A stretch of 38,135 bases of DNA from Chthonomonadaceae bacterium (GTDB lineage: Bacteria; Armatimonadota; Chthonomonadetes; Chthonomonadales; Chthonomonadaceae): assembly GCA_043757795.1 (NCBI GenBank), contig JAYVOT010001068.1:1-38135 (forward strand), read 5' to 3'. Shown in pieces: positions 26,828-37,822 of this stretch (position 1 is its first letter; every line of letters starts with the position of its first letter). Below the pieces are notes generated by a model, which was not told the origin of the DNA, did not search any database, and was given only the letters and a program-made list of their open reading frames with translations. The position numbers and the translations under genes are program-made.

Positions 26828-29800
26828 ATGGTTGCTCTGCCAGATTTTATCAAAAAGTTTTTTGACGCCAATGCTCGCGAAATAGAGAAATACAAGGTCG
26901 TCTCCGCAAAAATCAATACCTACGAAGCCGCCATGGAGAAACTCACGGACGAGGAGCTTCGCGCTAAAACCGAAGACCTCAAACTGCGGGTGCAAGCCGC
27001 CTATAAAAAAAGACGCGAGGCGGCGGAGCCAGGCTGGGCGACTCTCATCGACCAGAAAAAGCGAGAGGCCGACCGAGAAATTTTCGACACCGTCCTGGAT
27101 CAGGTTTTGCCGGAAGCCTTCGCGATGGTTCGCGAAGCCTCCAAACGAACGATTCGACTTCGACACTACGACGTGCAGATGATCGGCGGAATGGTGCTGC
27201 ACGACGGCAGAATCGCGGAGATGAGAACAGGAGAAGGCAAAACCCTCGTCGCGACCGCCCCCTTATACCTCAACGCGCTCATGGGAAAAGGCTCCCACCT
27301 CGTTACTGCCAACGACTATTTGTCCAAAAGAGACGCCGTCTGGAACGGACCGATCTATCACCTGCTCGGCATGAGCGTCGGCATCATTCAAGGGCAATCG
27401 CCGGAAACCGGCGATGAGGGCGGAAGCTATATTTATGATCCGGACTTCATAGGTGAAGAATCTCGATACGACTCGGCGCGACCTGTCTCCCGCAAAGAGG
27501 CTTACGCCTGCGACATCACCTACGGAACGAACAATGAGTACGGCTTTGACTATCTGCGCGACAATATGGCGTTCAGCAAAGACGAGCTTGTTCAACGAGA
27601 ACTTCATTTCGCCATCGTCGACGAAGTGGACTCCATTCTGATCGATGAAGCGCGAACCCCATTGATTATTTCAGGAATGGTGGAGCAGTCCACCGAACGC
27701 TACAATATCATTGACAAGATCACCTCCAAACTGAAAAAAGGGATCGATGACCCGAAAAAAGACAAAGACAATCCGGAAGCCGACAAACATAAATCTCATA
27801 TCCACTACGTGGTGGATGAGAAGTCCAAAACTGCGACGATTACGGATGCCGGAGTGACAAGGGTTGAAAAAGAGCTGGATGTCGAGAACCTCTCCGACAA
27901 TCATGAGATGATGCACTACCTTCAGGCGAGCTTGAAAGCGCACGGCGTCTTCCGAAAAGACATCGACTACGTGGTGAAAGACAACGGCGAGGGGCCGGAG
28001 ATCATCATCGTCGATGAGAACACCGGGCGTCTTATGTTCGGACGGCGTTACAGCGACGGACTGCATCAGGCGATCGAAGCGAAAGAGCATGTCGAGGTCA
28101 AGAACGAGAGTCAGACGCTTGCGACGATCACCTTTCAGAACTATTTCCGCCTCTATGCGAAGCTCGGAGGAATGACGGGAACCGCAAAAACGGAAGAAGA
28201 CGAGTTCCGAAAAATCTACGCCCTCGATGTCGTTCAGGTTCCCACCAACAAACCTATTCAGCGCAAAGACGGCTCCGACATCATCTACAAAGCCGAAGAG
28301 CACAAACTTCGAGGGATTGTTGCGGAGATTCTACGAATTTACTGTAAAAAGCAACCTCTTCTCGTCGGTACTCGCTCTATCGAGATGAGCGAACGAGTGT
28401 CCGCAAGAATGACCCCGCAGAGCCTGCGAACGCTCGTGATGACGGAAGTCGCGAGAATGAAGCTCGAAGGCGATAAATCGTTCCCGGCGGATAAGCGTAA
28501 TCAGTGGACCGCCGGATTGAATATGTCCTCCGAACCCTGGACGATGGACATGGAAGAGAACGGCAAAATCGTCAACAAGCGAATGAATCCGCTGACGATG
28601 GGCGTCCTCCGACCGATTTTGAAAGAGTTGGGACTCAGTGATGACCCGCTATCGCCGGAGAACAAAGCCGAGATCGCGCGAATCTTCGAGATCAACAATG
28701 ACGGACTTGAGAGGCTGGAAGACGCTCTTCAACACGGCATCGGACATAACATCCTGAACGCGAAATATCACGAACAGGAAGCGGTCATTATCGCGGAAGC
28801 AGGACGAAAAGGCGCCATCACGATCGCCACCAACATGGCGGGGCGAGGCGTCGATATTCTGCTCGGCGGCAAGCACATCAATCAGGAACTTCCCTCCGTT
28901 GACGGCAGCGAAAAATCGATGCGAGAAATTGCGAAGTTTACGGAGACCGCCCGAGACGAGGATGACGACGAAGAGTCAGGTTCGCTGGCAGTAAGCGGCG
29001 ATGACAGAGGTTACCGACGCTACGGAAGACCGGGAGTGCTCGATGCAGTGACAACCGGAGCGCTGACGGACGAAGAGCATAAAAAAGCAGGACAAGAAGT
29101 CATCAAGCTGGGCGGACTCTACATTCTGGGTACGGAGCGACACGAGAGCCGACGAATTGACAATCAGTTGCGAGGACGCGCCGGACGACAGGGCGACCCC
29201 GGAGAGAGCCGGTTCTTCGTCTCGCTGGAAGATGAACTTTGGAGACTATTCGGAGACAGAGCGAACCACCCCCTCCTCAAGACGTGGGAAGTGAACCTTT
29301 CGATGGACACTCCTTTCCTCTCAGGCATGATTCAGAACGCGCAAAAGAAGGTTGAAGGACACTATTTCGAGTCGCGCAAACACGTTTTGAACTACGACGA
29401 CGTGATGAACCGACAGCGCGAGCTGATCTATCGGGAACGCCGCCGAATTCTGGAGGGCGTGAATCTCCACGACACGATCTTGATCTATGTCGAACAGAAC
29501 ATCACGAGCAGCGTTGCGCTTCACGCCCCGGAAGGGATTCCCTCCTCGGAGTGGAATCTCGCTGAGTTGTACGCGGAGATGGACGAATTCTTCGCGCTCA
29601 CCCCGGCAGTCGTCGAGGAAGACCTGCACGGGAAAACCCATTCGCAACTGGTCGAGTTCCTGCACAGTCATTGTGTGAACGTCTATCAAGCTCGAGAAGA
29701 GCATTTCAATGAGCTTCAGGGCAGCGAAACGATGCGCGAACTGGAGCGCTGGATGGCGCTTCGAGCGGTCAACTCCCGATGGATGGAGCACCTCGCGAAC

Positions 29801-30196
29801 ATGGACTACCTGCGAGAGGGCATCGGACTGCGCGGTTATGAGCAGAAGGACCCCTTGCTGATCTATCAAAAAGAGGCGTTCGAGGAGTTCGAGCGGATGC
29901 AACAGTCGATTCAGGACGACATCGTCAAGGGCATCTACCACGTTCAAATTCAGTTGCCTGAAGAGAATCTGCAGATCGACACCTCTTTGCCGGAAGGTCT
30001 CCCGCGCTTCACCGACCTGCCGCAGATGGAACAGCCCCGCATCCTCAGCATGAACGGCATGGCGACGCCCGCGCCTCCAAGCTCAGGCGGCGGCAAGAAG
30101 AAAGATACGGAGGCTCCTGCAGACTGGAAGGGCGGCAGAAACGACGCCTGCTGGTGCGGAAGCGGTAAGAAGTACAAGCAATGTCACGGTAAGTAG
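26828..30196 (+). CDS. secA: SecA (mirror copy of 7941..11309)
   Basis: Exact reverse-complement copy; the 1122-aa protein is identical in the track. Confidence 0.98.
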   Translation: MVALPDFIKKFFDANAREIEKYKVVSAKINTYEAAMEKLTDEELRAKTEDLKLRVQAAYKKRREAAEPGWATLIDQKKREADREIFDTVLDQVLPEAFAMVREASKRTIRLRHYDVQMIGGMVLHDGRIAEMRTGEGKTLVATAPLYLNALMGKGSHLVTANDYLSKRDAVWNGPIYHLLGMSVGIIQGQSPETGDEGGSYIYDPDFIGEESRYDSARPVSRKEAYACDITYGTNNEYGFDYLRDNMAFSKDELVQRELHFAIVDEVDSILIDEARTPLIISGMVEQSTERYNIIDKITSKLKKGIDDPKKDKDNPEADKHKSHIHYVVDEKSKTATITDAGVTRVEKELDVENLSDNHEMMHYLQASLKAHGVFRKDIDYVVKDNGEGPEIIIVDENTGRLMFGRRYSDGLHQAIEAKEHVEVKNESQTLATITFQNYFRLYAKLGGMTGTAKTEEDEFRKIYALDVVQVPTNKPIQRKDGSDIIYKAEEHKLRGIVAEILRIYCKKQPLLVGTRSIEMSERVSARMTPQSLRTLVMTEVARMKLEGDKSFPADKRNQWTAGLNMSSEPWTMDMEENGKIVNKRMNPLTMGVLRPILKELGLSDDPLSPENKAEIARIFEINNDGLERLEDALQHGIGHNILNAKYHEQEAVIIAEAGRKGAITIATNMAGRGVDILLGGKHINQELPSVDGSEKSMREIAKFTETARDEDDDEESGSLAVSGDDRGYRRYGRPGVLDAVTTGALTDEEHKKAGQEVIKLGGLYILGTERHESRRIDNQLRGRAGRQGDPGESRFFVSLEDELWRLFGDRANHPLLKTWEVNLSMDTPFLSGMIQNAQKKVEGHYFESRKHVLNYDDVMNRQRELIYRERRRILEGVNLHDTILIYVEQNITSSVALHAPEGIPSSEWNLAELYAEMDEFFALTPAVVEEDLHGKTHSQLVEFLHSHCVNVYQAREEHFNELQGSETMRELERWMALRAVNSRWMEHLANMDYLREGIGLRGYEQKDPLLIYQKEAFEEFERMQQSIQDDIVKGIYHVQIQLPEENLQIDTSLPEGLPRFTDLPQMEQPRILSMNGMATPAPPSSGGGKKKDTEAPADWKGGRNDACWCGSGKKYKQCHGK

Positions 30197-30216
30197 TTGA
30201 GTTGGATTTGCAGAGA

Positions 30217-30245
30217 CGCCCCCCGCCAAGTTTTGGCGGGGGGCG
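30217..30245. terminator. Bidirectional terminator (mirror of 7892..7920)
   Basis: Exact reverse-complement copy. Confidence 0.8.
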
Positions 30246-30322
30246 TTTTCGTTTGGTTTCTTCCGGTTGAAATCACTTTATTTGGGAGCCAGCGCTTCTT
30301 GGAATGAGGAGGCTCGTAATGT

Positions 30323-32044
30323 TTATTGCGGGGAATAATCGCTTCCATCCATAACGGAGAGATAAGCGGATGAAACGAGTTCTTTCCATGCCCCCTTGCT
30401 GTCCAAAACTTCAAAGGCAAAGACAGGGAAATCTTCTTCTTTCGTTCCTGCGTTGACTGTTCTCCAACGGACTTTACGCGCGTTGTCAAGCGTCTTCCTA
30501 TTAGATTCCGGCAAGCAAGACAGGATCGCCTGGATGATATCTTGATTGAGGATGAGTCCTGTACTCCGAAATAAATCAGGGTAGTTCGAGGCGAATCGAA
30601 AGAAACTCCGGTTTCTAAAGACTATGCTGAATTGTGGAAATTTCTCAACCAATCCCTGCCACTGCGGCGGGCTGAGAGTAACGAACTGGCTGCAAACTTC
30701 TTTCAACAAGCCTTCTTTAGAGGGTCTGTAGAGTAGGGTTTGCATTTTTTTCATGAGATTCACAGGAATAATGCTGTCCTGGGACATCATCCAATCCGGG
30801 GTTGAAATCAAAAGTATTCCTTTTCGCCATTTGTGGATTTTTATGGACGATCTGCCTTCGGTTGTATCAAGGAACTTCTTTACTGTTGTTTTGTTTGCAG
30901 GTTCTACATAACTTTGACGAACTTCCTGATTGAGCACCGCTATGATTGGAATTTTTGTCAAAATTGAAGTCTCAGTTAAGCGTCTTTCGTAGTCAGCGTC
31001 AACCGGATTATGACGCTTTGCGTCTTGCGCCGAATGCTCTTTCACTTCAATTGTCTTGTTCTCGATTTTAGCATCAGGTATGAGTGTCTCTTCTAGCGGA
31101 TGCGATTGCAAATCGCCCGGAAGAATCCAAGCTCGCCCTAAAGACTGGATAAACCCTCCTGACACTCCTGGACCAAGACAAGTCAAAGCGCCAGATTCTC
31201 CAACCGAAAGCAGTATATTGGGCATAACGTCTTTTTTCGAGCCTCGGCTCCGGATTGAGTAAATGGTCATACTTGTTGGCTCAGGCGAGGGCGGCAACAC
31301 TGGAACTCCATTTTGCGTGAACTCTAGATGATATTGATCGTAGAATTGCAACATCGACGCTTTTTGGGTTTCAGAGAGTTTTGCGAGCGGAAGGGTAACT
31401 GCTCCTCCGTCCAATACTGCGTCAATTCCCTGGTCGTCAAGCAATTCGAGCATCACTTTCATTCTACTGATCAAGCCCGTTTTTCTGGCGTCGAGATAGG
31501 AATTTGCAATTTCATCGCTTTTCTGCAACATTGCTTTCGAGTAGAGGCTCTTTTGTTTGTCCTGTTCTTCGGGGGAAAGCGCGACATAGCCTCGAAGAAA
31601 GTTGATGTAGTCTTTGAAGACCATTCGCGCCTGAAACATTAACGCAGTATTAAGATCAGAAAGATTTGCCGGGTACAGTTTATAAGTCCACAGATTTTTA
31701 TCTCCGTTTCTGCCCCACTGCCACTTTGACCCAGGTAGGCTAAGAAGAGAACTTATTGCTTCCAGGCAGTTCGAGAGTGGAGCGTTCTTTAATTGAACGA
31801 AGAGTATTACTCCTGATTCCTCCTTATTGGCGTCCATCAATATTTTCACGCCTGTTTGTTTAGAGAATGATTCTAGAGCCTCTCCAATTGTGATTTTGGA
31901 TTCTTGAAGCGTGACGGTTTTCTTCAACTGCATGTCTGAGGCGATCCACTCCTCAAACTTGTTTTGAGCCGAACAAAATGTGATGATGGAGCAAAACAAC
32001 ATACATAGAATAATAGTCCTGGCTAACTTCAATGACATCTCCAT
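30323..32044 (-). CDS. Secreted protein of unknown function, 573 aa (mirror copy of 6093..7814)
   Basis: Exact reverse-complement copy. Confidence 0.8.
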   Translation of the reverse strand: MEMSLKLARTIILCMLFCSIITFCSAQNKFEEWIASDMQLKKTVTLQESKITIGEALESFSKQTGVKILMDANKEESGVILFVQLKNAPLSNCLEAISSLLSLPGSKWQWGRNGDKNLWTYKLYPANLSDLNTALMFQARMVFKDYINFLRGYVALSPEEQDKQKSLYSKAMLQKSDEIANSYLDARKTGLISRMKVMLELLDDQGIDAVLDGGAVTLPLAKLSETQKASMLQFYDQYHLEFTQNGVPVLPPSPEPTSMTIYSIRSRGSKKDVMPNILLSVGESGALTCLGPGVSGGFIQSLGRAWILPGDLQSHPLEETLIPDAKIENKTIEVKEHSAQDAKRHNPVDADYERRLTETSILTKIPIIAVLNQEVRQSYVEPANKTTVKKFLDTTEGRSSIKIHKWRKGILLISTPDWMMSQDSIIPVNLMKKMQTLLYRPSKEGLLKEVCSQFVTLSPPQWQGLVEKFPQFSIVFRNRSFFRFASNYPDLFRSTGLILNQDIIQAILSCLPESNRKTLDNARKVRWRTVNAGTKEEDFPVFAFEVLDSKGAWKELVSSAYLSVMDGSDYSPQ

Positions 32045-32210
32045 GTGTCCTTTTTGGAAGATGAGGTTGCACGTCTTTCATCAAACGCGCAACCTCGGAA
32101 TTTAAGTTTACTTGCATTCAAGAAACTTATTTGGATAATGTACTGCGACTTTTCGACAGTCATTTCAGCGAATCTCACCCTCAGGCAAAAATACTTTGAG
32201 GCTCAATCAT

Positions 32211-32758
32211 TTAAGGCAATCCTCCGATCATCCATACGGAATGACCGTCGGTTTTTGAGCTTGATGCTCCAAGAATCGGCACAAGATTGGTATTTGAAAT
32301 CGATCCGAATACTGCTATCCCGCACTGAGCGAAAAAGTAACCTGAACCCACTGGAGGGGTCGACGCAAAAAGAGGGCTAAAAGCGCCATTTGGAACGACC
32401 GCAAAGGTGCCTTGTGTCAGAGTGACGGGAGTAGAATTTACGACAACCAGCGGTGGGGTAATTATTGACAAACCTTGTACGCCAAAACTCAAACTCACTG
32501 ACACGACCGGAAAGAAGGTGACTGCAGGAGATAGCGGTGCATTGTTGAACCTGGCAGTAAAGGTTCCTTCTATGGGTACTGGAAACGGTATGTATTGTAT
32601 TGGGAACTGATAGGGGACTATCGATAGAACATACTGGTATTTATTGGCTTGTCCGGCGTCAGGGCGGCTGTACAAGAGGATGTGAGTTGCGCTGTCGCTG
32701 ACGAAGAGGCAAATACTGCTAAGATTCCGATAGTGAGGAGCGCGGTAATGTGTTTCAT
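32211..32758 (-). pseudogene. Frameshifted secreted protein (mirror copy of 5379..5926)
   Basis: Exact reverse-complement copy. Confidence 0.5.
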
Positions 32759-33252
32759 GCAAATTCTCCTTTGAAATGAGTTCAATATTGAACTGAATAA
32801 GTTGTGTTGCTGGTGTCGCTTGCTGATCCATGTTAGTTCAACAGCGAGAGAGTGAGAGGAAATTCAAATTGAAAACCCGCCTGCCCATGCTTTCTGCAAT
32901 CGTTGCTCGTTCAAGTCGACGTATCCGCTAATAAAGATAGACTACTCTGCTTCGCAAGAAAATACTAGGGTCGTTTTAACTATTTTTGCCTTATTGGCAA
33001 CTATTTTTTGAAAAGTTAATATTTAATATGATTTCACTTGCAATTGTGACAACTAGGGGCAATGCGTGAGAACACTGGCGTAAATACGCACGTAGTCTCA
33101 ATAGTTACATACAGTTTAAACCATAACGCTCATAATTAAGAGATTGACTTGACGATCCCAATAAGGAGCGATATTCCCGACTTATGATTGTGCAAGTCCT
33201 TTAATCTTGGGAGTCTCTGTTTAAGGAAATATGTACACGAAATTATACCTTG

Positions 33253-33285
33253 TAGGGTATAATATTATTATATTTCAATACCCTA
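33253..33285 (+). promoter_or_regulatory. Operator/promoter palindrome of the HTH-Fic operon (mirror of 4852..4884)
   Basis: TAGGGTATAAT...ATACCCTA; TATAAT is at 33258..33263 and the ATG at 33297. Confidence 0.55.
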
Positions 33286-33296
33286 AAGGCTATATT

Positions 33297-33773
33297 ATGA
33301 GATCAAATCTATCCGCAAATCCTTTACGCAGACGACAACTGGACAAACAGCTGAAAACGCTTCAGCCGTTCGTACGCACACCTCGACCCCGCAAAGGCTG
33401 GGTTAGAGAGATTCGCGACGCTCTTGGGATGACTTCCCTGCAGTTGGCTCAACGAGTCGGAGTCTCGCAACCGACGATCGCGAAATTGGAACGTTCTGAA
33501 GAGATGGAAACCATCGCCCTCAAAAGCCTACGTAAGTTGGCAGAGGCGATGGAATGCACGCTCGTTTACGCGCTCGTCCCGAACGACTCTCTGGAAGCGA
33601 CTTTGATGCGACAGGCGGAAATTCGTGCGGAGGAACAACTTCAGCGCGTCGAACATTCCATGCGGTTGGAAGCGCAGGGTCGATTGCCGGATGAGGTGGA
33701 GAGTGAGCGTCGCGAATTGGCTCAGGAGATGATTCGAACGCTGAGTCGCGAGATTTGGGAGGTCGGCAAGTGA
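33297..33773 (+). CDS. XRE-type HTH 'mobile mystery protein A' type (mirror copy of 4364..4840)
   Basis: Exact reverse-complement copy. Confidence 0.85.
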   Translation: MRSNLSANPLRRRQLDKQLKTLQPFVRTPRPRKGWVREIRDALGMTSLQLAQRVGVSQPTIAKLERSEEMETIALKSLRKLAEAMECTLVYALVPNDSLEATLMRQAEIRAEEQLQRVEHSMRLEAQGRLPDEVESERRELAQEMIRTLSREIWEVGK

Positions 33774-34354
33774 ACTTCGATTCCCCGGATGGAGCCACTC
33801 CATTAGACCTGGATTCGATTGCAGGACTCATCCCCAACCTGACGCTTCAGGCGGAACTGAACGATTTTGAGGCGCGAAACATTTTTCAAGCGATGCAATG
33901 GGCGAAGCGGGCAAAGGGCGCGGACAAAGACATTCTGCAGGTTGTTTCGCTTCGCAAACTCCACCAAAAAATGTTCTCATTCACATGGCGTTGGGCGGGT
34001 CAGTTTCGTCGCGCGCAAACGAACATCGGCGTCTCATTCGAGCAGATACCCATGCGTCTGGAACAGCTTTGCGGCAATACTCTGTATCAAATTAAAAACA
34101 TGGATAGCGCCTGGGACGACTTGGCGGTTCGTTTTCACCATGAGTTGGTTGTAATTCATCCCTTTCCAAATGGCAATGGTCGCCATGCTCGTCTTGCCGC
34201 CGAACTTCTTTTACAGCGTAATGGACAGAAGCGATTCTCCTGGGGTTCAGGCTCGATAGCGGAGAGCAGCGAAACGAGGCGGGAGTACATAAAGGCTTTG
34301 CAGGAGGCGGATCAAGGGGATGTAAAACGCTTACTGCTGTTCGCAAGATCATAA
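33755..34354 (+). CDS. Fic/DOC 'mobile mystery protein B' type (mirror copy of 3783..4382)
   Basis: Exact reverse-complement copy. Confidence 0.9.
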   Translation: MGGRQVNFDSPDGATPLDLDSIAGLIPNLTLQAELNDFEARNIFQAMQWAKRAKGADKDILQVVSLRKLHQKMFSFTWRWAGQFRRAQTNIGVSFEQIPMRLEQLCGNTLYQIKNMDSAWDDLAVRFHHELVVIHPFPNGNGRHARLAAELLLQRNGQKRFSWGSGSIAESSETRREYIKALQEADQGDVKRLLLFARS

Positions 34355-34374
34355 ACGACTGTTCATTTTTGCAT

Positions 34375-34438
34375 CGACGTCTACTGGTGCGGAAGCGGCA
34401 AGAATTATTAGCAATGTCACGGGAAGTAGCTGAGTTGG
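34375..34438 (+). pseudogene. Degenerate secA 3'-end fragment (mirror of 3699..3762)
   Basis: Exact reverse-complement copy. Reads gac gtc tac tgg tgc gga agc ggc aag aat tat TAG caa tgt cac ggg aag TAG. Confidence 0.75.
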
Positions 34439-34559
34439 TTGTCTGAACGATGACGTCCATGATTGAAGGATTGACATGATAATTCGAGTTGGGAGCGGCG
34501 ATCTCGACTTATATTCGTGCTATCCCTCTCATCATGGGCGTCATCGTTTACACTAGCCG

Positions 34560-35546
34560 TCACTTCTTGACGGCGAACTTGAGGATCCTCCCGAACTGAC
34601 TCCACTCCGCGACGACCAGATTGCCCGCTCGGTCGAAAGAGACGCCGTGAACGGAATTGCAAATGCCTTCAGTCCATTGAGAGGGATCCAAGCCGTAGTT
34701 GGCGCGCTGAGATTCATTAGGATTGTCGCCGACTTGCGCCACGATGCGATTGTCCTTGCCCAGAATAGTGACGCGCCCCTTCAGTTCGCCTACAGCGACA
34801 TAGTCTCCGGAAACGTGCGCAGTTGCCGGCATTCTCAAATCTCTCAGCAAGACCTTCACCAAATTTCCATCCGTGTCCCACTGCTCAACTCGCCCGCTTT
34901 CCCGATTGCAAACGATGAGCATCGGTTTTTTGCCCCGCAAATCGACCGCTAACCCATGACATCGGTTGAATTTTCCGTCCTCAGCCGGTGAGCCGCCTGG
35001 TCCTCCGAACGACTTGATGTATTTACGGTCGCGATCATACTTGTGAATGTAATTCTTGCCGTATCCGTCCGCTACGAAAATCGTACCGTCCGGCAAGGCG
35101 ACCATATTCGTGGGGTTGAATTCGTCTGCTTTGGCATAGACGCCGGAGGCTTCAGGGTAACCCATTTTCCAGGCGATCGTTCCATCCGTTTTGATCTTGA
35201 GAACCTCGTGAAAGTTGGGTCTCGCAGCGTAGAGAAATAGACCGTCTTTCTCACGTTGCAGAAAAAGTCCATGTATCTGAGTTGGCCCGAAGCATCGCAG
35301 ATATTTGCCGTTCGCTCCGAAGACAAGTATTCCGCGCTCCGTGTCCGTGCTCATGTAGACATTTCCGGCTCGGTCTACCGCGACGCCGCCATGCGTCGGA
35401 CCGAGTTGCAGATTGTCCGGTTTCGCAGGAAAATAGTTCGGGACCGATACGAAGCTGCGTTCGTTTTGCGCCGCGACCGTGCGCGGGGCGACTGCATAAT
35501 ATGTCAAGATGGCAAACAATAAGAGAATGCGGGTAAATCGCGCCAT
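34560..35546 (-). CDS. Secreted NHL-repeat beta-propeller protein (mirror copy of 2591..3577)
   Basis: Exact reverse-complement copy. Confidence 0.8.
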   Translation of the reverse strand: MARFTRILLLFAILTYYAVAPRTVAAQNERSFVSVPNYFPAKPDNLQLGPTHGGVAVDRAGNVYMSTDTERGILVFGANGKYLRCFGPTQIHGLFLQREKDGLFLYAARPNFHEVLKIKTDGTIAWKMGYPEASGVYAKADEFNPTNMVALPDGTIFVADGYGKNYIHKYDRDRKYIKSFGGPGGSPAEDGKFNRCHGLAVDLRGKKPMLIVCNRESGRVEQWDTDGNLVKVLLRDLRMPATAHVSGDYVAVGELKGRVTILGKDNRIVAQVGDNPNESQRANYGLDPSQWTEGICNSVHGVSFDRAGNLVVAEWSQFGRILKFAVKK

Positions 35547-36038
35547 AGCTCATCTCCCAAAAGAGGTCATTGAATTGTCACAAGTAAACTTTACCTGTAA
35601 ACGAAGTCGGTTTGAAAACATGTTTTGTTTTTTCGGCTTGCATACGATAGGTTTCTATCTGCAACCTGAATATTCGAAAGGAAAATATCGAGTGATTAAA
35701 ATTGACTGCAACGACCCAGCCTGTGGATACAAAAGGCGCTTATATACCTGACGCACCCGGTAGTTTTCGCGGGTAGGATTTTCTACACTTACCCTGTTGA
35801 CGCGCCTAAACACCCCCCCCCGAAAGCTAAAATGCTTTGGGGGGATTACTACTTCCTTATTTGGAAAATCTCGGACTTGCCTGCCTTTTTCCTCGCCGTG
35901 ACTGTTTCCACCATCTTCCTTGCCCTTCGAGGAGACAAAAGCTAGGCGACAATTTGCGAGAAGACAGCTTCGTCCCCTGACCGGAACCAGCCAAATTCTC
36001 ATGTAAAAAACTCTATCGATGCTCCTCTAAGCGTTCGG

Positions 36039-36518
36039 CTAAAATGAAATCAATTCCTTGCGTAGACATTCCTCTACTGACAACAATCTCGAATGTTTTG
36101 CCAGTAGTGGGGCATTCATCTTAAATTCCGAAACAGAACCTTCGACATTCAGATGCCCATTTTCGTCGAGAACTCCAAATTGAAACCCCATCTTCTCAAT
36201 TTCTTCGATTGGTATTGCAACAACTAAAAAAGTTCGATTCTTTATTATCGATTCGACATCAGGATTATTTCTAAGAAAGTCTGCCTCTTTGAGCCGCCTC
36301 TTTGACCCTTCGTCTTGAGAGAGTTCGACCGCAGTCTGAAAGCGTTGATTGATGACATCGTAAGGCGATGCTATATCCGCGCGAAAAACCGATAGTCCTT
36401 GTTCGTTTTCTCTTACTCTAAATGCCTGAGGAGATACATTTTCTGTATGCTTGTCAATGTGTTCTGAAGCAACTCTGCGATATACATATCCTTTCGATCC
36501 TTCGCCTGGTTGAGACAC
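36039..36518 (-). CDS. Hypothetical protein, 159 aa (mirror copy of 1619..2098)
   Basis: Exact reverse-complement copy. Confidence 0.6.
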   Translation of the reverse strand: MSQPGEGSKGYVYRRVASEHIDKHTENVSPQAFRVRENEQGLSVFRADIASPYDVINQRFQTAVELSQDEGSKRRLKEADFLRNNPDVESIIKNRTFLVVAIPIEEIEKMGFQFGVLDENGHLNVEGSVSEFKMNAPLLAKHSRLLSVEECLRKELISF

Positions 36519-36536
36519 TATGTTGCCTGATCCCTT

Positions 36537-37109
36537 TTATCTGGGTGATTGAAGCATCTCTAAAGCGATTTTTTCTGCTTCTTCCAGAGGTGTCAACCGA
36601 AACTCGGCATGGGCGTCAAAGAGTTGCTTCATCTCTTCCACTGCTTCAGTCCCATCACAAAACGTGAGCGATCTTTGTTGTTCTAGAGTTTTCCAATAAA
36701 GCTCGATTCCACCCTCGATGGTCGGAAAAATAGAGGGTGTGAATAGCTCTTCGACACCTGTAGCGCGTTGAGCGACCTCGGTAATGAAATCGAATACTAA
36801 CATGATCACATTTTTAGAGACCGGAAGCGCCCCTTCGTCATTCCAATCCTCTTTCAACTGTGAAATTTGAGACAATCGCTCTCCGGCTTTCCGCAACCAC
36901 AAAACAGAACTTGGAGGATTTTTCAGAGATGTCGCTTGAGTATAGAACAGGATGAATTCGCTCTCATCGATAGCTGGAAGTCGACTGCCGATGTAGCCTG
37001 GATATTCTGAATCGAGCGAGCTAAAAATGCTATTGACATGAGCATCACTTTTAGCAGCAGGAATAGTTTTTGATTGAGGTGGACGATATCCGAGGCAAAG
37101 AAAACTCAT
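36537..37109 (-). CDS. Hypothetical protein, 190 aa (mirror copy of 1028..1600)
   Basis: Exact reverse-complement copy. Confidence 0.65.
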   Translation of the reverse strand: MSFLCLGYRPPQSKTIPAAKSDAHVNSIFSSLDSEYPGYIGSRLPAIDESEFILFYTQATSLKNPPSSVLWLRKAGERLSQISQLKEDWNDEGALPVSKNVIMLVFDFITEVAQRATGVEELFTPSIFPTIEGGIELYWKTLEQQRSLTFCDGTEAVEEMKQLFDAHAEFRLTPLEEAEKIALEMLQSPR

Positions 37110-37822
37110 TTGATAAACTCCTTTGTCTTTTCTGTAAGCGTGTGTTCGAATACTTTATTTTTGGCTGCCCTCAACTGTTCGAAGGCTTCCCATATTTCTT
37201 GCGATGACTGAGGCGCATCGACGTCTCTGTACGTTTCAATGTCCAATAAAATCGATGTCACATGAGGGATAGGAGGAGGAACTATCGTTTGCTTGATTGT
37301 TGCCATGCTCTGGAATTCTTCCATAGGCAACGTCAGTTGCATGAAGTAACCGACTAGGAGTTGAGGCAAACCTTTTGCAATTTCAGGCGCGGTATGCAGA
37401 TATTCCTTCAGATCTATCTTGTTTTCAGGAATGTCGATTCTATTGATGTATCTCAGAGCGATTCGGTTGACGCCACCTGGATTAAAATGATTCCTATAAA
37501 TATCCCACTTGGATTTTGCCTCTGTCGAAAACGCTTCCCAATTTTCATAGGGAGCTAGCCACAAGTAAGCAAAACCGTGTTGAGCGACCTGCACAATCCT
37601 CTTTTTATCCTCCTTGATAAACTGATAACCAGTGTGAATTTGCTCCACATTTGGCGAATTGTCCTGTTGCATTAAAATTTTATTAAGGGTTACATTTTGT
37701 TTTTCACTAAACTCTGGTATTTTCTTTTGGAAATCTTCAAGTAGCTCAAGTGTCGTCGACTCGGGCAACGCCACTTGTATATCTATGATAGCTTCAGTTA
37801 TAGGAGCTTTCTTATAGTGCAT
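37106..37822 (-). CDS. TIGR04255-like protein (mirror copy of 315..1031)
   Basis: Exact reverse-complement copy. Confidence 0.7.
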   Translation of the reverse strand: MHYKKAPITEAIIDIQVALPESTTLELLEDFQKKIPEFSEKQNVTLNKILMQQDNSPNVEQIHTGYQFIKEDKKRIVQVAQHGFAYLWLAPYENWEAFSTEAKSKWDIYRNHFNPGGVNRIALRYINRIDIPENKIDLKEYLHTAPEIAKGLPQLLVGYFMQLTLPMEEFQSMATIKQTIVPPPIPHVTSILLDIETYRDVDAPQSSQEIWEAFEQLRAAKNKVFEHTLTEKTKEFIK

